NCBI GenBank assembly: GCA_021296375.1
Contig: JAGWAQ010000002.1
Span: forward strand, 1,366 to 62,690
DNA from: Alphaproteobacteria bacterium
Lineage (GTDB): Bacteria; Pseudomonadota; Alphaproteobacteria; Puniceispirillales; UBA1172
Direction: 5' to 3'
DNA: 61,325 bases
The notes under the pieces were generated by a model. That model was given only the letters and a program-made list of their open reading frames with translations, did not search any database and was not told the origin of the DNA. Made by a program: the position numbers and the translations under genes. Shown here piece by piece: positions 47,531 to 57,470 of this stretch; position 1 is the stretch's first letter; every line of letters begins with the position of its first letter.

Positions 47531-50191
47531 ATGTCTACCCGCAACATTTCCATTTCCACCGCCGACCCGATCGCGGTATTGGGCCCCACCAATACCGGCA
47601 AGACCTGGTACGCCATGGAACGTATGCTTGGCCACGCCAGCGGGATGTTTGGTTTTCCGCTCCGTTTGCTGGCGCGGGAAAATTATGACCGCGCGGTGGC
47701 GCGAGTCGGGGCCGGAAATGTAGCCCTGATCACGGGGGAGGAGAAAATCATTCCCCCCGGGGCGCGCTATTTCCTTTGCACGGTTGAGGCCATGCCGATG
47801 GACAAGCGTGTTGATTTCATGGCGGTGGATGAAGTCCAGCTGGCGGCGGACCCGGAACGTGGCCATGTCTTTACCGACCGAATTTTGAACGCCCGCGGGC
47901 GCGAGGAAACCTTGCTGCTGGGGGCGGAGACCATTCGCCGTGTGCTGGAAGAATTGCTCCCTCATCTTGAGGTGATGACGCGCCAGCGGTTGAGCAAATT
48001 GTCCTGGGCCGGGCAGAAGAAAGTGACGCGCCTGCCGCGGCGATCAGCGGTGGTCGCCTTCAGCACAGCGGAAGTCTATAAACTGGCGGAGCTGATCCGG
48101 GCGCAACGTGGCGGCACGGCGATTGTCATGGGCGCGCTCAGCCCCCGCACCCGCAACGCGCAGGTCGAGATGTTCCAGTCCGGCGACGTCGATTACATGG
48201 TGGCGACAGACGCGATTGGCATGGGGCTGAACATGGATATCAACCATGTCGCGCTGGCCGGTGACGTCAAATTTGATGGCCGCCGCCCCCGCAAATTGTC
48301 ACCGGCTGAACTGGGCCAGATCGCCGGCCGTGCCGGGCGCCATACCACCGACGGCAGTTTTGGCATCACCGATCATTGCACGATGCTTGAAGATGATGTC
48401 ATTGAAGCGATAGAGAATCACCGCTTTCGGTTCCTGAACGGGGTCTATTACCGCAACTCACGACTGGATTTTTCCAGCCCTGATGCGCTGATGAATTCGC
48501 TGGAGGCGCGGCCGCCATCGCCGCTCATGACCCGCAAGGCCGATGCCGATGACCAGCAAGCGCTCGCCGCGTTGATGGAACGCGATGATATTCGTGTCCT
48601 CGCCCATGGCGAAGCGCAGGTTGAATTGCTCTATGATGTCTGCCAGGTGCCTGATTATCAACGGGAATATACCGATAGCCACGCCCAGATGCTGGCCCGT
48701 ATTTACACCGCTCTGGCGGAGGGAAAGCGCCTGCCAAAGGATTGGGTTTCAGCGCAAATGCAGCGGCTGAACCGCCCCGATGGCGATATCGATACCCTGA
48801 TGTCGCGGCTGTCCGGCATCCGCACCTGGAGCTACATCACCCAGCGGCAACACTGGCTTGATGATGCCGAAGAGTTTCAAGGGCTTGCAAGAAGCATCGA
48901 GGACAGGGTATCAGATAGTCTGCATTTGGTGCTGACCCAACGTTTTGTTGATCGGCGGGCGGCAGTTTTATCACGACGGTTGAAGGAAAATACAACACTC
49001 ATGTCTTCGATTAAATCAGACGGTACAGTCATTGTTGAAGGGGAGGACGTCGGCCAGCTCGACGGCTTTGTGTTCACCCCGCGTCTTTCAGGTGGTGATG
49101 AAGAAGGCCCGGTGCTTGCCGCCGCGCGCAAAGCCCTGCCCGATGAAATTTCAGCCCGTGTCAAAGCCCTGGCGGCATCAGCCGACGCCGCCTTCAAGCT
49201 CAACGCAAGAGGCCAGATCTTCTGGCGTGAAGCCCTGATCGGCAAACTGGTCAAGGGCGATGGGCTCTACCAGCCGAAAGCCGAGGTGCGCGCCAGTACA
49301 TTGCTTGAAGGCGATCAGCTGAAAACCGTTCAGGATCGCCTCAACGCATTTGCCGCTGATTACCCGAAAACCGTGCTGGAAAAAGCCGTTGCCCTGACAG
49401 GTGACACGTTGACCGGCACCGCCCGCGGCATTGCCTATCAGGTCTATGAGGCCCTTGGCACCCTGCCATCACCGGCGGTCGCGGAAATGGTCAAGGAGCT
49501 GGATGACGATGGCCGTCGTCAACTGGCGCTTCACGGGGTTCGCCTCGGGGTGGATATGATTTACATGGCGGATCTGCTGAAACCTGCGCAGATCGACGCC
49601 AAAGCCCTGCTGTGGAGCATTTTTAACGATCAATTCCCGCAATCTGGCCCGCCACCTGCTGGACGTGTCGCCATTGATCACATTGACGGCGTCAGCGATG
49701 CCTATTGGCTGGCGACCGGTTATCGTCGCCTTGGTGGCCGTGTCATGCGTGTCGATATGGCGGAACGTCTGTCGGCGGTGATCCGTACCGCCGCCCGTGG
49801 CGGCAAGTTCCAGATCAGCGAAGAAATGATGTCACTGGCTGGCGCCACCCGTGACCAGATGGCGGCGATCCTGATTGACCTGAATTACGCCAAGGTTGAC
49901 GACATCGCCTCGGAAGACCCGGAAAAGCCCCCCATCCCGGTGTTTGAGCGCAAGCAGCGCCCCGCCAAGCGCGGCAAAGCCGAGGGCGGCAAACCGCGTC
50001 AGGCGAAGTCCAATGGCGGCAGGTCCGATGGCGGCAAACCCAACGGCGGCAAGCGCTCATCGCAGGACAAACCCGGGCAGGGCAAACATGGGCAGGGCAA
50101 ACCTGGCGCGGCGACAGCGCGCGCGCCAAAACAACCGGACCCGAATTCACCATTTGCGATCCTGGCGCAACTGAAAGCCCAGGGGAAGTAA
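47531..50191 (+). CDS. SUV3-like ATP-dependent RNA helicase with a Lys/Gly-rich C-terminal tail
   Basis: GPTNTGKT (motif I), AVDEVQ (II), ATDAIGMGLN, and QIAGRAGR (VI). 886 aa. Tail KRGKAEGGKPRQAKSNGGRSDGGKPNGGK..GQGKHGQGKPG. Confidence 0.75.
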   Translation: MSTRNISISTADPIAVLGPTNTGKTWYAMERMLGHASGMFGFPLRLLARENYDRAVARVGAGNVALITGEEKIIPPGARYFLCTVEAMPMDKRVDFMAVDEVQLAADPERGHVFTDRILNARGREETLLLGAETIRRVLEELLPHLEVMTRQRLSKLSWAGQKKVTRLPRRSAVVAFSTAEVYKLAELIRAQRGGTAIVMGALSPRTRNAQVEMFQSGDVDYMVATDAIGMGLNMDINHVALAGDVKFDGRRPRKLSPAELGQIAGRAGRHTTDGSFGITDHCTMLEDDVIEAIENHRFRFLNGVYYRNSRLDFSSPDALMNSLEARPPSPLMTRKADADDQQALAALMERDDIRVLAHGEAQVELLYDVCQVPDYQREYTDSHAQMLARIYTALAEGKRLPKDWVSAQMQRLNRPDGDIDTLMSRLSGIRTWSYITQRQHWLDDAEEFQGLARSIEDRVSDSLHLVLTQRFVDRRAAVLSRRLKENTTLMSSIKSDGTVIVEGEDVGQLDGFVFTPRLSGGDEEGPVLAAARKALPDEISARVKALAASADAAFKLNARGQIFWREALIGKLVKGDGLYQPKAEVRASTLLEGDQLKTVQDRLNAFAADYPKTVLEKAVALTGDTLTGTARGIAYQVYEALGTLPSPAVAEMVKELDDDGRRQLALHGVRLGVDMIYMADLLKPAQIDAKALLWSIFNDQFPQSGPPPAGRVAIDHIDGVSDAYWLATGYRRLGGRVMRVDMAERLSAVIRTAARGGKFQISEEMMSLAGATRDQMAAILIDLNYAKVDDIASEDPEKPPIPVFERKQRPAKRGKAEGGKPRQAKSNGGRSDGGKPNGGKRSSQDKPGQGKHGQGKPGAATARAPKQPDPNSPFAILAQLKAQGK

Positions 50192-50198
50192 CACCGCC

Positions 50199-50582
50199 AT
50201 GCCCGAAGACGCCACCATGCGGATCGACAAATGGTTGTGGGCGGCGCGGTTTTTCAAAACCCGGGCGGATGCCAATCGGCTGGTGGCGAGCGGAAGGCTG
50301 CGGCTCGACGGTGAGGTGATGTCAAAGCCCCATCGCAATATCCGTATCGGTCAGGTGCTGACCTTCCCGAAAGCTGATGACGTGCGGGTGATCAAGATCC
50401 TGGCGATGGCCACGCGGCGGGGGCCAGCGACGGAAGCGGCGACGTTATATGATGATCTCGCCCCGCCTGAACCGCGCCAGCGGGCCTCGGCACATGCCCC
50501 GAAACCCTTTGAGATGCGTGATGCCGGGTCAGGCCGCCCGACGAAACGCGAACGCCGCAAGATCGATCAGTTGAAATCTTGA
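50199..50582 (+). CDS. S4-domain RNA-binding protein (Hsp15/HslR-like)
   Basis: MRIDKWLWAARFFKTRADANRLV is an S4 motif. Basic tail. Confidence 0.75.
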   Translation: MPEDATMRIDKWLWAARFFKTRADANRLVASGRLRLDGEVMSKPHRNIRIGQVLTFPKADDVRVIKILAMATRRGPATEAATLYDDLAPPEPRQRASAHAPKPFEMRDAGSGRPTKRERRKIDQLKS

Positions 50583-50654
50583 ATTCTGGTGTTGCAGAAG
50601 GCCGCAACAAGGATTAAGAAAAGATCTTGTTCACGCCTCGGGCTGGAGTAAATC

Positions 50655-50993
50655 ATGACGTATATTGTTAACGACAACTGCATTCGCTGCAAATACACCG
50701 ACTGTGTCGAAGTCTGCCCTGTCGATTGTTTTTACGAAGGCGAGAACATGCTGGTGATCCACCCTGATGAGTGCATTGATTGCGGCGTCTGTGAGCCGGA
50801 ATGCCCGCCGGAAGCGATCCTGCCGGACACGGATGCCGGCGCCGATGCCTGGCTCAAGCTCAATACCGATATGTCGGCGGTTTGGCCCAACATCACCCGC
50901 AAGATCGATGCCCCCGCTGATGCCGATGACTTCAAGGGCAAGCCCAACAAGTTCGAGGAGTTCTTCTCCGACAAGCCCGGAAACGGAAACTAG
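50655..50993 (+). CDS. fdxA: 7Fe ferredoxin (3Fe-4S + 4Fe-4S)
   Basis: [14 protein letters not shown] and [12 protein letters not shown]. Confidence 0.9.
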   Translation: MTYIVNDNCIRCKYTDCVEVCPVDCFYEGENMLVIHPDECIDCGVCEPECPPEAILPDTDAGADAWLKLNTDMSAVWPNITRKIDAPADADDFKGKPNKFEEFFSDKPGNGN

Positions 50994-51308
50994 CCGCAGG
51001 CATTAGGTCCAGGCATTAGGTGCGGGGTCACCACAACCTTAAAAAGACGTGAATTTCGCCGGAAAAAAGTGCTATTTCAGGGGGATGGTCTTTTGCCGGA
51101 TAATCGTGTATACTCTGTCCTCTTTGAGTGGTCAGCTGAATGCCGCGAATGTCGCGCGCCAGAGACAGCGCCACCAAAAATATGGTCGGGATCGGCCATA
51201 ACACCAGATATAAGAACGCACCTCGCGCTCATGTTCAAACTTGACCTGTCCGGGCCATCCGGGCGGGGCAGGCCTTGGGTGTTGGTGCAATAATGATGGG
51301 AATGATCA

Positions 51309-51815
51309 ATGGCTAAAGACAAGAACGTTGAAGAATTTAACGCTGACGATTTCGTGGTTTATCCAACCCATGGCGTGGGTCGGATTCTCGGCACCGAGCA
51401 AAACACCATTGCCGGCATGTCGATCGATATGCTGATCGTCCGTTTTGAGCAGGACCGCATGACCCTGCGTGTGCCGCTTGAAAAGGCCCGCAGCCTTGGT
51501 CTGCGCACCTTGTCGTCGAAAAAGCAAATGGACGAAGCCATCACCACCCTGAAGGGCAAGGCGCGGGTGCGCCGCGACATGTGGTCCAAACGCGCCAAGC
51601 AGTATGACGACAAAATCCGTTCCGGGGATCCGGTTTCCATCGCTGAAGTTGTCCGTGACCTGCGTCGCCGCACCAATCAGTCCGAACAGTCCTATTCCGA
51701 ACGCCAGATGTACCAGGCCGCGCTCGAACGCCTGGCCCGTGAATTCGCGGCGATCGAAAAGATTGATCAGGATGCCGCCGCCGTGAAGCTCGAAAACCTC
51801 ATGGACGCGGCGTAA
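51309..51815 (+). CDS. carD: CarD-family transcription regulator
   Basis: FVVYPTHGVGRILG, a CarD/TRCF RNAP-interaction domain. 168 aa. Confidence 0.85.
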   Translation: MAKDKNVEEFNADDFVVYPTHGVGRILGTEQNTIAGMSIDMLIVRFEQDRMTLRVPLEKARSLGLRTLSSKKQMDEAITTLKGKARVRRDMWSKRAKQYDDKIRSGDPVSIAEVVRDLRRRTNQSEQSYSERQMYQAALERLAREFAAIEKIDQDAAAVKLENLMDAA

Positions 51816-51843
51816 AAAGGGGGCTGGCCCCGGCAATTGAATA

Positions 51844-51866
51844 AAAATTAACAAAATGTTAATTTT
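51844..51866. promoter_or_regulatory. perfect 10-bp inverted repeat (aaaattaaca-aaa-tgttaatttt) upstream of rpoH; candidate operator
   Basis: Direct reading. It lies in an AT-rich island 94 bp before the rpoH ATG. Confidence 0.4.
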
Positions 51867-51870
51867 AGGG

Positions 51871-51898
51871 TTGAAAGGTGGATTGCCCGCCCCAGTTT
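51871..51898 (+). promoter_or_regulatory. sigma-32-type promoter candidate for rpoH
   Basis: TTGAAA-N13-CCCCAGTT compared with the heat-shock consensus TTGAAA-N13/14-CCCCATnT. About 60 bp upstream of the rpoH ATG. Confidence 0.4.
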
Positions 51899-51959
51899 AT
51901 GAAAATAGCCATAATAGTTCATAATAATAAAATATGGTGTTTGCTGGGGAGTTAGCGCC

Positions 51960-52838
51960 ATGGATGACAGAAACGAAACATTAAAATCTGATAACCGGTA
52001 TATCCGGCAGATTATGAAGCAGGACCTGCTGGAGCGTGACGATGAGCACAAGCTGGCGCTGGCCTGGCGCGACCATGAAGATGAACGCGCGTTGCATCGT
52101 CTTGTCCTGGCTTATTCTCGCCTTGTGGTGAGCATTGCCTCGAAATTCCGTCATTACGGCCTGCCGCTTGGTGATTTGATCCAGGAAGGCAATATCGGCA
52201 TCATGCAAGCCGCCAGCCGCTTTGACCCTGACCGCGAAGTGCGGTTTTCCACCTATTCCGAGTGGGGGATCCGGGCGTCTATTCAGGATAACGTCCTGCG
52301 CAACTGGTCCATCGTTCGCACTGGCACGACCTCTGCCCATAAATCGCTGTTTTTCAAATTGCGCCGCTTGCGCTCGAAAATCGGTGAGGCCGAAGGCGGC
52401 ATGCTGACGGATGCCGGGCGCCAGCAGATCGCCGATACCATTGGCGTCAATGTTACTGACGTCAACCACATGGAACAACGGCTTTCCGGTGCCGACAGTT
52501 CGCTCAATGCGCCGGTTGGCGAAATGAACGAAAGCATGGCCCAGGACTTCCTGATGGATGATCGCCCGACGCCGGAACAATCGGTCACCATCTCTAAACA
52601 CGCCTCCACCTTGTCGGCATGGCTTGCTGAAGCCCTTGAAGAGCTGTCCCCGCGCGAGAAGATGATCATCATGCGCCGCCGCCTTGATGAAGATGGCGCC
52701 ACCCTTGATGAGCTGGGCCGTGATTTCGGCGTCAGCAAGGAGCGGGTCCGCCAGCTCGAAACCCGGGCGATGAACAAGATCAGGGTTAATCTTGAAGCGC
52801 GCGTGGATGACATCACCCAGCTTCCCTATCTTTCCTGA
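51960..52838 (+). CDS. rpoH: RNA polymerase sigma-32 factor
   Basis: Region 2 LIQEGNIGIMQAASRFDP. RpoH-box-like HKSLFFKLRRLRSKI. Region 4 LGRDFGVSKERVRQLE. Confidence 0.88.
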   Translation: MDDRNETLKSDNRYIRQIMKQDLLERDDEHKLALAWRDHEDERALHRLVLAYSRLVVSIASKFRHYGLPLGDLIQEGNIGIMQAASRFDPDREVRFSTYSEWGIRASIQDNVLRNWSIVRTGTTSAHKSLFFKLRRLRSKIGEAEGGMLTDAGRQQIADTIGVNVTDVNHMEQRLSGADSSLNAPVGEMNESMAQDFLMDDRPTPEQSVTISKHASTLSAWLAEALEELSPREKMIIMRRRLDEDGATLDELGRDFGVSKERVRQLETRAMNKIRVNLEARVDDITQLPYLS

Positions 52839-52857
52839 CACTGATCTGGACTGAACA

Positions 52858-53811
52858 ATGCGATCTGTCGCCGAAGACCAGCAGCTGTTTCCACCAAGGG
52901 TGCCGCTGAACACCACGCGCCTTGAGGTTGGTGACGGTCATGATCTATATGTTGAAGAATGCGGCAACCCCGGCGGCATCCCGGTGGTTTTTCTGCATGG
53001 CGGGCCGGGGGCTGGCATCAGCGCGGTTCATCGGCGGTTGTTCGACCCTGATCTGTTTCGGGTGATCTTGTTTGACCAGCGCGGGTCGGGCCAATCGCGG
53101 CCATTTGGCGCGATCACCGCCAACACCACCCAAGACCTGATCGCTGATATGGATGTGATCCGCGCGCATTTCGGCATTGATCATTGGGTAATCTTCGGGG
53201 GGTCATGGGGGTCAACCCTTGGCCTGGCCTATGGCATCACCCACCCTGAGCGATGCCTTGGTTTTGTCCTGCGGGGGATTTTTCTCGGCACCAAGGCCGA
53301 AGTCGACTGGTTTCTCTATGACATGGGGAAATTCTACCCCGAAGCCTGGGACCGGTTTGTCCATGCCCTGCCGGAGAACGAACGCGGCGACTTGCTCGAA
53401 CATTACTTCAAACGCCTGACCGCCAGCAGCCCGTCAATCTCGATCCCCGCCGCCGAGAGCTGGTCCGCCTATGAAAATTCCTGCGCCACCCTGCGGGCGG
53501 AAATTCGTGGCGGCGGCGGGCGGATGGCGGTGTCCCTGGCGACGCTTGAGGCCCATTACTTCCGCAACAACTGTTTCCTTGAAGACGGGTTCATCCTCAA
53601 TAATATGGATCGCATTGCCCATCTGCCGGCGGTGGTGGTGCAAGGGCGCCATGATGTCATCTGCCCGCCGGTCACCGCCTCTGACCTTGTCAAAGCCTGG
53701 CCTGACGCGGAATTGAAAATGGTGGATAACGCCGGGCATTCGGCCCTTGAGCCTGGGATTCTGCAGGAATTGCTGTCGGGCCTTCGCCGTATTGCCCATA
53801 AAGTCAGCTGA
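52858..53811 (+). CDS. pip: prolyl aminopeptidase (proline iminopeptidase)
   Basis: FLHGGPG, nucleophile elbow GGSWGSTL, and C-terminal AGHSA. 317 aa. Confidence 0.85.
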   Translation: MRSVAEDQQLFPPRVPLNTTRLEVGDGHDLYVEECGNPGGIPVVFLHGGPGAGISAVHRRLFDPDLFRVILFDQRGSGQSRPFGAITANTTQDLIADMDVIRAHFGIDHWVIFGGSWGSTLGLAYGITHPERCLGFVLRGIFLGTKAEVDWFLYDMGKFYPEAWDRFVHALPENERGDLLEHYFKRLTASSPSISIPAAESWSAYENSCATLRAEIRGGGGRMAVSLATLEAHYFRNNCFLEDGFILNNMDRIAHLPAVVVQGRHDVICPPVTASDLVKAWPDAELKMVDNAGHSALEPGILQELLSGLRRIAHKVS

Positions 53812-53904
53812 TCATTCGCCGAAACCGGGGCTTGCCCTTCTGGTGCAATCGGCGGATAATTATCACCGATAAGTTGCATCAGGCCAGCAGGAGACCCGGT
53901 CAAT

Positions 53905-54378
53905 ATGGCGACAGACCGCAACACCAGCATCACCAACAACAACGCTGTTGATCGCCATGTCGGCAAGCGCATCCGCATGCGCCGCACCTTGATGGGGATG
54001 ACCCAGAATCAGCTGGCGGAATTGCTGCAATTGACGTTCCAGCAGGTGCAAAAATACGAACGCGGGGCCAATCGCGTCAGCGCATCGCGGCTTTGGGATT
54101 TGAGCCAGATCCTCGATGTTGAGGTGGGGTATTTCTATGAAGACATGCCGCCGGACATCAAATCCGCCTCGCCGCGGCAACTGGCGCGGCAAGTCGCCCG
54201 GCGCGGACAGGGGGCGGCATTGCCCGAATGGCAAGGTGACCCTATGGCAAGGCGGGAAACCATTGAATTGGTGCGGAGTTATTACTTGATCAAAGAGCCA
54301 CAACTCCGTAAGAAAATGGCACATATGATCAAGTCTGTGGCATCATCACTGGATCAGGCTACGGATGAAAAGGAGTAA
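53905..54378 (+). CDS. XRE-family helix-turn-helix transcriptional regulator
   Basis: HTH GMTQNQLAELLQLTFQQVQKYERGANRVSASRL. Confidence 0.75.
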   Translation: MATDRNTSITNNNAVDRHVGKRIRMRRTLMGMTQNQLAELLQLTFQQVQKYERGANRVSASRLWDLSQILDVEVGYFYEDMPPDIKSASPRQLARQVARRGQGAALPEWQGDPMARRETIELVRSYYLIKEPQLRKKMAHMIKSVASSLDQATDEKE

Positions 54379-54381
54379 GCC

Positions 54382-54624
54382 ATGACATCACCGGACACAT
54401 CGCTCAGTTTTGAAGATGCGCTGAAGGAACTGGAGGCCATTGTCGACAAGCTCGAACGCGGTGAGGTTTCCCTCGACGATGCGGTGGCGGCCTATGAGCG
54501 CGGCTCTGAGCTGAAAAAGCAATGCCAGGCGCGGCTTGATGAAGCGCGGCTTAAGGTTGATAAAATCCGTGCCGCGAAAGCTTCCCCTGAGGTCGACGGC
54601 TCGGCGCCGTTTGACGCCGAATAA
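54382..54624 (+). CDS. xseB: exodeoxyribonuclease VII small subunit
   Basis: FEDALKELEAIVDKLERGEVSLDDAV..YERG. 80 aa. Confidence 0.88.
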   Translation: MTSPDTSLSFEDALKELEAIVDKLERGEVSLDDAVAAYERGSELKKQCQARLDEARLKVDKIRAAKASPEVDGSAPFDAE

Positions 54625-54628
54625 CCTG

Positions 54629-55528
54629 ATGTTCACCGACCAGTTGAACGCTGACGCGGCGGCGGTGGAAGCCGAACTTGCCGCTCGATTTGACGCCCTG
54701 CGAAAAGGCGCCGCCCCGCGGCTTGCTGCGGCCATGTCCTATGCCGCAATGGCTGGCGGAAAACGTCTGCGCGCGGCGCTGGTGCTGGGGGCATCACGCC
54801 TGGCTGCGGGCGGCGATTGCGGCGGGGCCATCAATGTCGCGGCGGCTTTTGAATGCCTGCATGCCTATTCTCTTATTCATGATGATCTGCCGGCGATGGA
54901 TGACGCCGAAACCCGTCGCGGCAAACCGTCATGTCATCTTGAATTTGATGAGGCGACGGCGATTCTGGCAGGGGATGCGCTCCAGACCATGGCGTTTGAG
55001 CTGCTCGCCAGCCCTGATACCCATGATGACGGCGCGGTGCGCGCCGGGCTGGTGATGGATCTTGCCACCGCGTCCGGTGTTGCGGGAATGGCGGGGGGGC
55101 AAATGCTCGACCTTGAAGCTGAAACCCGCCGTTTTGACCTTGATGAAACCCGCGCCATGCAAGCGCTCAAGACAGGGGCCTTGATCAAGGCGTCGGCGGT
55201 GGCGGGGGGACGTGTTGGCGGCGGCGGGGATGACCTGCTCGCGGCCCTGGCTAATTACGCCGATCGCATTGGGCTGGCGTTCCAGATCGCCGATGATCTG
55301 CTTGACCGCACCAGTGACGCCGCCGCCATGGGCAAGCCAACAGGGCGCGATGATGAGGCGGGCAAAGCCAGTTTTGTTGATCACCTGGGCATAGACGCCG
55401 CGCAAAAGGAGGCGGAACGCCTGATCGATGAGGCGAACGCGATGTTGACAACAACCGCAGGTTCTTCTGCCCCACACCTTGACTATATGCTAGAAATATC
55501 CAGTTTTATTATAAGGCGTGACCATTAA
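54629..55528 (+). CDS. ispA: farnesyl/geranyl diphosphate synthase
   Basis: FARM IHDDLPAMDDAETRRG and SARM FQIADDLLD. ATG 54629 is preferred over the track start, which overlaps xseB. Confidence 0.88.
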   Translation: MFTDQLNADAAAVEAELAARFDALRKGAAPRLAAAMSYAAMAGGKRLRAALVLGASRLAAGGDCGGAINVAAAFECLHAYSLIHDDLPAMDDAETRRGKPSCHLEFDEATAILAGDALQTMAFELLASPDTHDDGAVRAGLVMDLATASGVAGMAGGQMLDLEAETRRFDLDETRAMQALKTGALIKASAVAGGRVGGGGDDLLAALANYADRIGLAFQIADDLLDRTSDAAAMGKPTGRDDEAGKASFVDHLGIDAAQKEAERLIDEANAMLTTTAGSSAPHLDYMLEISSFIIRRDH

Positions 55529-55552
55529 TGGCCGACGTTTGAAGGAAGTGGA

Positions 55553-57463
55553 ATGAAGACCCCGTATCTCGACAAGGCCCCGACGCCTGATCTTCTCCGT
55601 GCCATGCCGGAATCCAGCATGAAAGCTGTCGCGGATGAACTGCGTGCCGAGACCATTGATACCGTCTCCCGCACCGGCGGGCATCTTGGCGCCGGGCTTG
55701 GGGTGGTGGAGCTGACGGTGGCGCTTCACTATGTCTTCAACACCCCACAGGACAAGATCATCTGGGATGTCGGGCATCAGGCCTATCCGCATAAAATCCT
55801 CACCGGTCGCCGTGATCGCATCCGCACCCTGCGCCAGCCCGGGGGCTTGTCGGGGTTCACGAAACGCGATGAGTCGGAATACGACCCGTTTGGCGCGGCC
55901 CATTCCTCGACCTCTATTTCCGCTGGCCTCGGCATGGCGGTGGGGCGCGATTTGAAGGGCCAGTCCAACAATGTCATCTCGGTCATTGGTGACGGCTCGA
56001 TGAGCGCCGGCATGGCCTATGAAGCGATGAATAACGCGGGCGCCATGAACTCCAAGATGATCGTTATCCTGAACGATAATGACATGTCGATTGCCCCGGC
56101 GGTGGGGGCGTTGTCGTCTTACCTTGGCCAGTTGATCTCATCACGGCCGTTTCATTCGATCCGCGAATTGGCGAAACAAGTGGCCAGCCGCTTTCCGGCG
56201 GAAATTGAACGCACCGCAAAACGAGCCGAAGAAATGGCCCGTGGTTTTGTCGGCGGCTCAACGATTTTCTCGCAGCTCGGGTTTTTCTACATCGGCCCTG
56301 TTGATGGCCATGACCTCGACCAGCTGCTGCCTATTCTGAAAAACCTTCGTGACGGCGATCAAGGCGGGCCTATCCTGCTCCATGTGGTGACGGAAAAAGG
56401 CCGCGGTCATCCGTTTGGCAAGGAAAGCGGCGAGAAATACCACGCCGTGCCGAAATTCGATGTCATCACCGGCGAAGAGAAAAAACCTGTGTCCAACGCC
56501 GTCAGCTATACCGGCGCCTTTGCCCAGCAATTGATTCGCGAAGCGGAAGCCGATGACAAGATCGTCGCCGTCACCGCCGCCATGCCGTCAGGCACGGGCA
56601 TCAATAAATTTGCGGAACGTTTTCCCGACCGCAGTTTTGATGTCGGGATTGCCGAACAACATGGAGTCACCTTTGCCGCCGGACTGGCGACTGAAGGCTT
56701 CAAGCCGTTTTGTGCGATTTATTCAACCTTCCTGCAACGCGGCTATGACCAGGTCGTGCATGATGTTGCGCTCCAGAACCTGCCGGTGCGATTTGCGATC
56801 GACCGCGCCGGGGTGGTGGGGGCCGATGGCGCCACCCATGCTGGCGCTTATGACTTGACCTACCTGTGTTGCCTGCCGGGGATGGTGGTGATGGCCCCGT
56901 CGGATGAGGCGGAGCTGTCGATTGCCGTGGCCACCGCCGCGCAGATCGATGATGCGCCTTCGGCGTTCCGCTATCCACGGGGGGAAGGGGTTGGCGTGCC
57001 TATCCCCGAGCAGATCACCCCTTATGAGATTGGCAAGGGCCGTATTGTGCGGGGCGGTGAACGTCTGGCCATTCTGTCGCTGGGGACACGGCTTGCTGAT
57101 GCCCTCAAGGCGGCCGATACCCTTGAGGACGCGGGCGCCATGATCACCGTTGCCGATGCCCGTTTCGCCAAGCCGATCGACGCTGATCTGATCACCCGCC
57201 TGCTGCGTGACCACGACAGCCTGATGGTGGTGGAAGAAGGCAGCGCTGGCGGGTTTGCCGCCCATGTCATGCAGTTCATTCACAACCACGGGCTTGCTGA
57301 CCAGGGCAAGGCGATTCGTGTCCTGACCTTGCCGGACCGCATGATTGACCACAATTCCCAGGACGCTCAACTGGCGGAAGCGGGGCTTGATGCCGCCGCT
57401 ATGGTGTCGACGGCCGCCGGTCTGCTGGGGCTTGATGCCGCCAAGATCAGCGCCGCCCGATAA
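55553..57463 (+). CDS. dxs: 1-deoxy-D-xylulose-5-phosphate synthase
   Basis: [27 protein letters not shown] and TPP motif [19 protein letters not shown]. 636 aa. Confidence 0.92.
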   Translation: MKTPYLDKAPTPDLLRAMPESSMKAVADELRAETIDTVSRTGGHLGAGLGVVELTVALHYVFNTPQDKIIWDVGHQAYPHKILTGRRDRIRTLRQPGGLSGFTKRDESEYDPFGAAHSSTSISAGLGMAVGRDLKGQSNNVISVIGDGSMSAGMAYEAMNNAGAMNSKMIVILNDNDMSIAPAVGALSSYLGQLISSRPFHSIRELAKQVASRFPAEIERTAKRAEEMARGFVGGSTIFSQLGFFYIGPVDGHDLDQLLPILKNLRDGDQGGPILLHVVTEKGRGHPFGKESGEKYHAVPKFDVITGEEKKPVSNAVSYTGAFAQQLIREAEADDKIVAVTAAMPSGTGINKFAERFPDRSFDVGIAEQHGVTFAAGLATEGFKPFCAIYSTFLQRGYDQVVHDVALQNLPVRFAIDRAGVVGADGATHAGAYDLTYLCCLPGMVVMAPSDEAELSIAVATAAQIDDAPSAFRYPRGEGVGVPIPEQITPYEIGKGRIVRGGERLAILSLGTRLADALKAADTLEDAGAMITVADARFAKPIDADLITRLLRDHDSLMVVEEGSAGGFAAHVMQFIHNHGLADQGKAIRVLTLPDRMIDHNSQDAQLAEAGLDAAAMVSTAAGLLGLDAAKISAAR

Positions 57464-57470
57464 CCCCGTC

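Noticed and set aside
51069-51293. 74-aa GTG-initiated ORF in the fdxA-carD spacer.
   Set aside because: It has no SD and its composition is unlike neighbouring genes. It is mirrored by an equally long antisense ORF (51077-51322), which is typical of non-coding GC-rich sequence.
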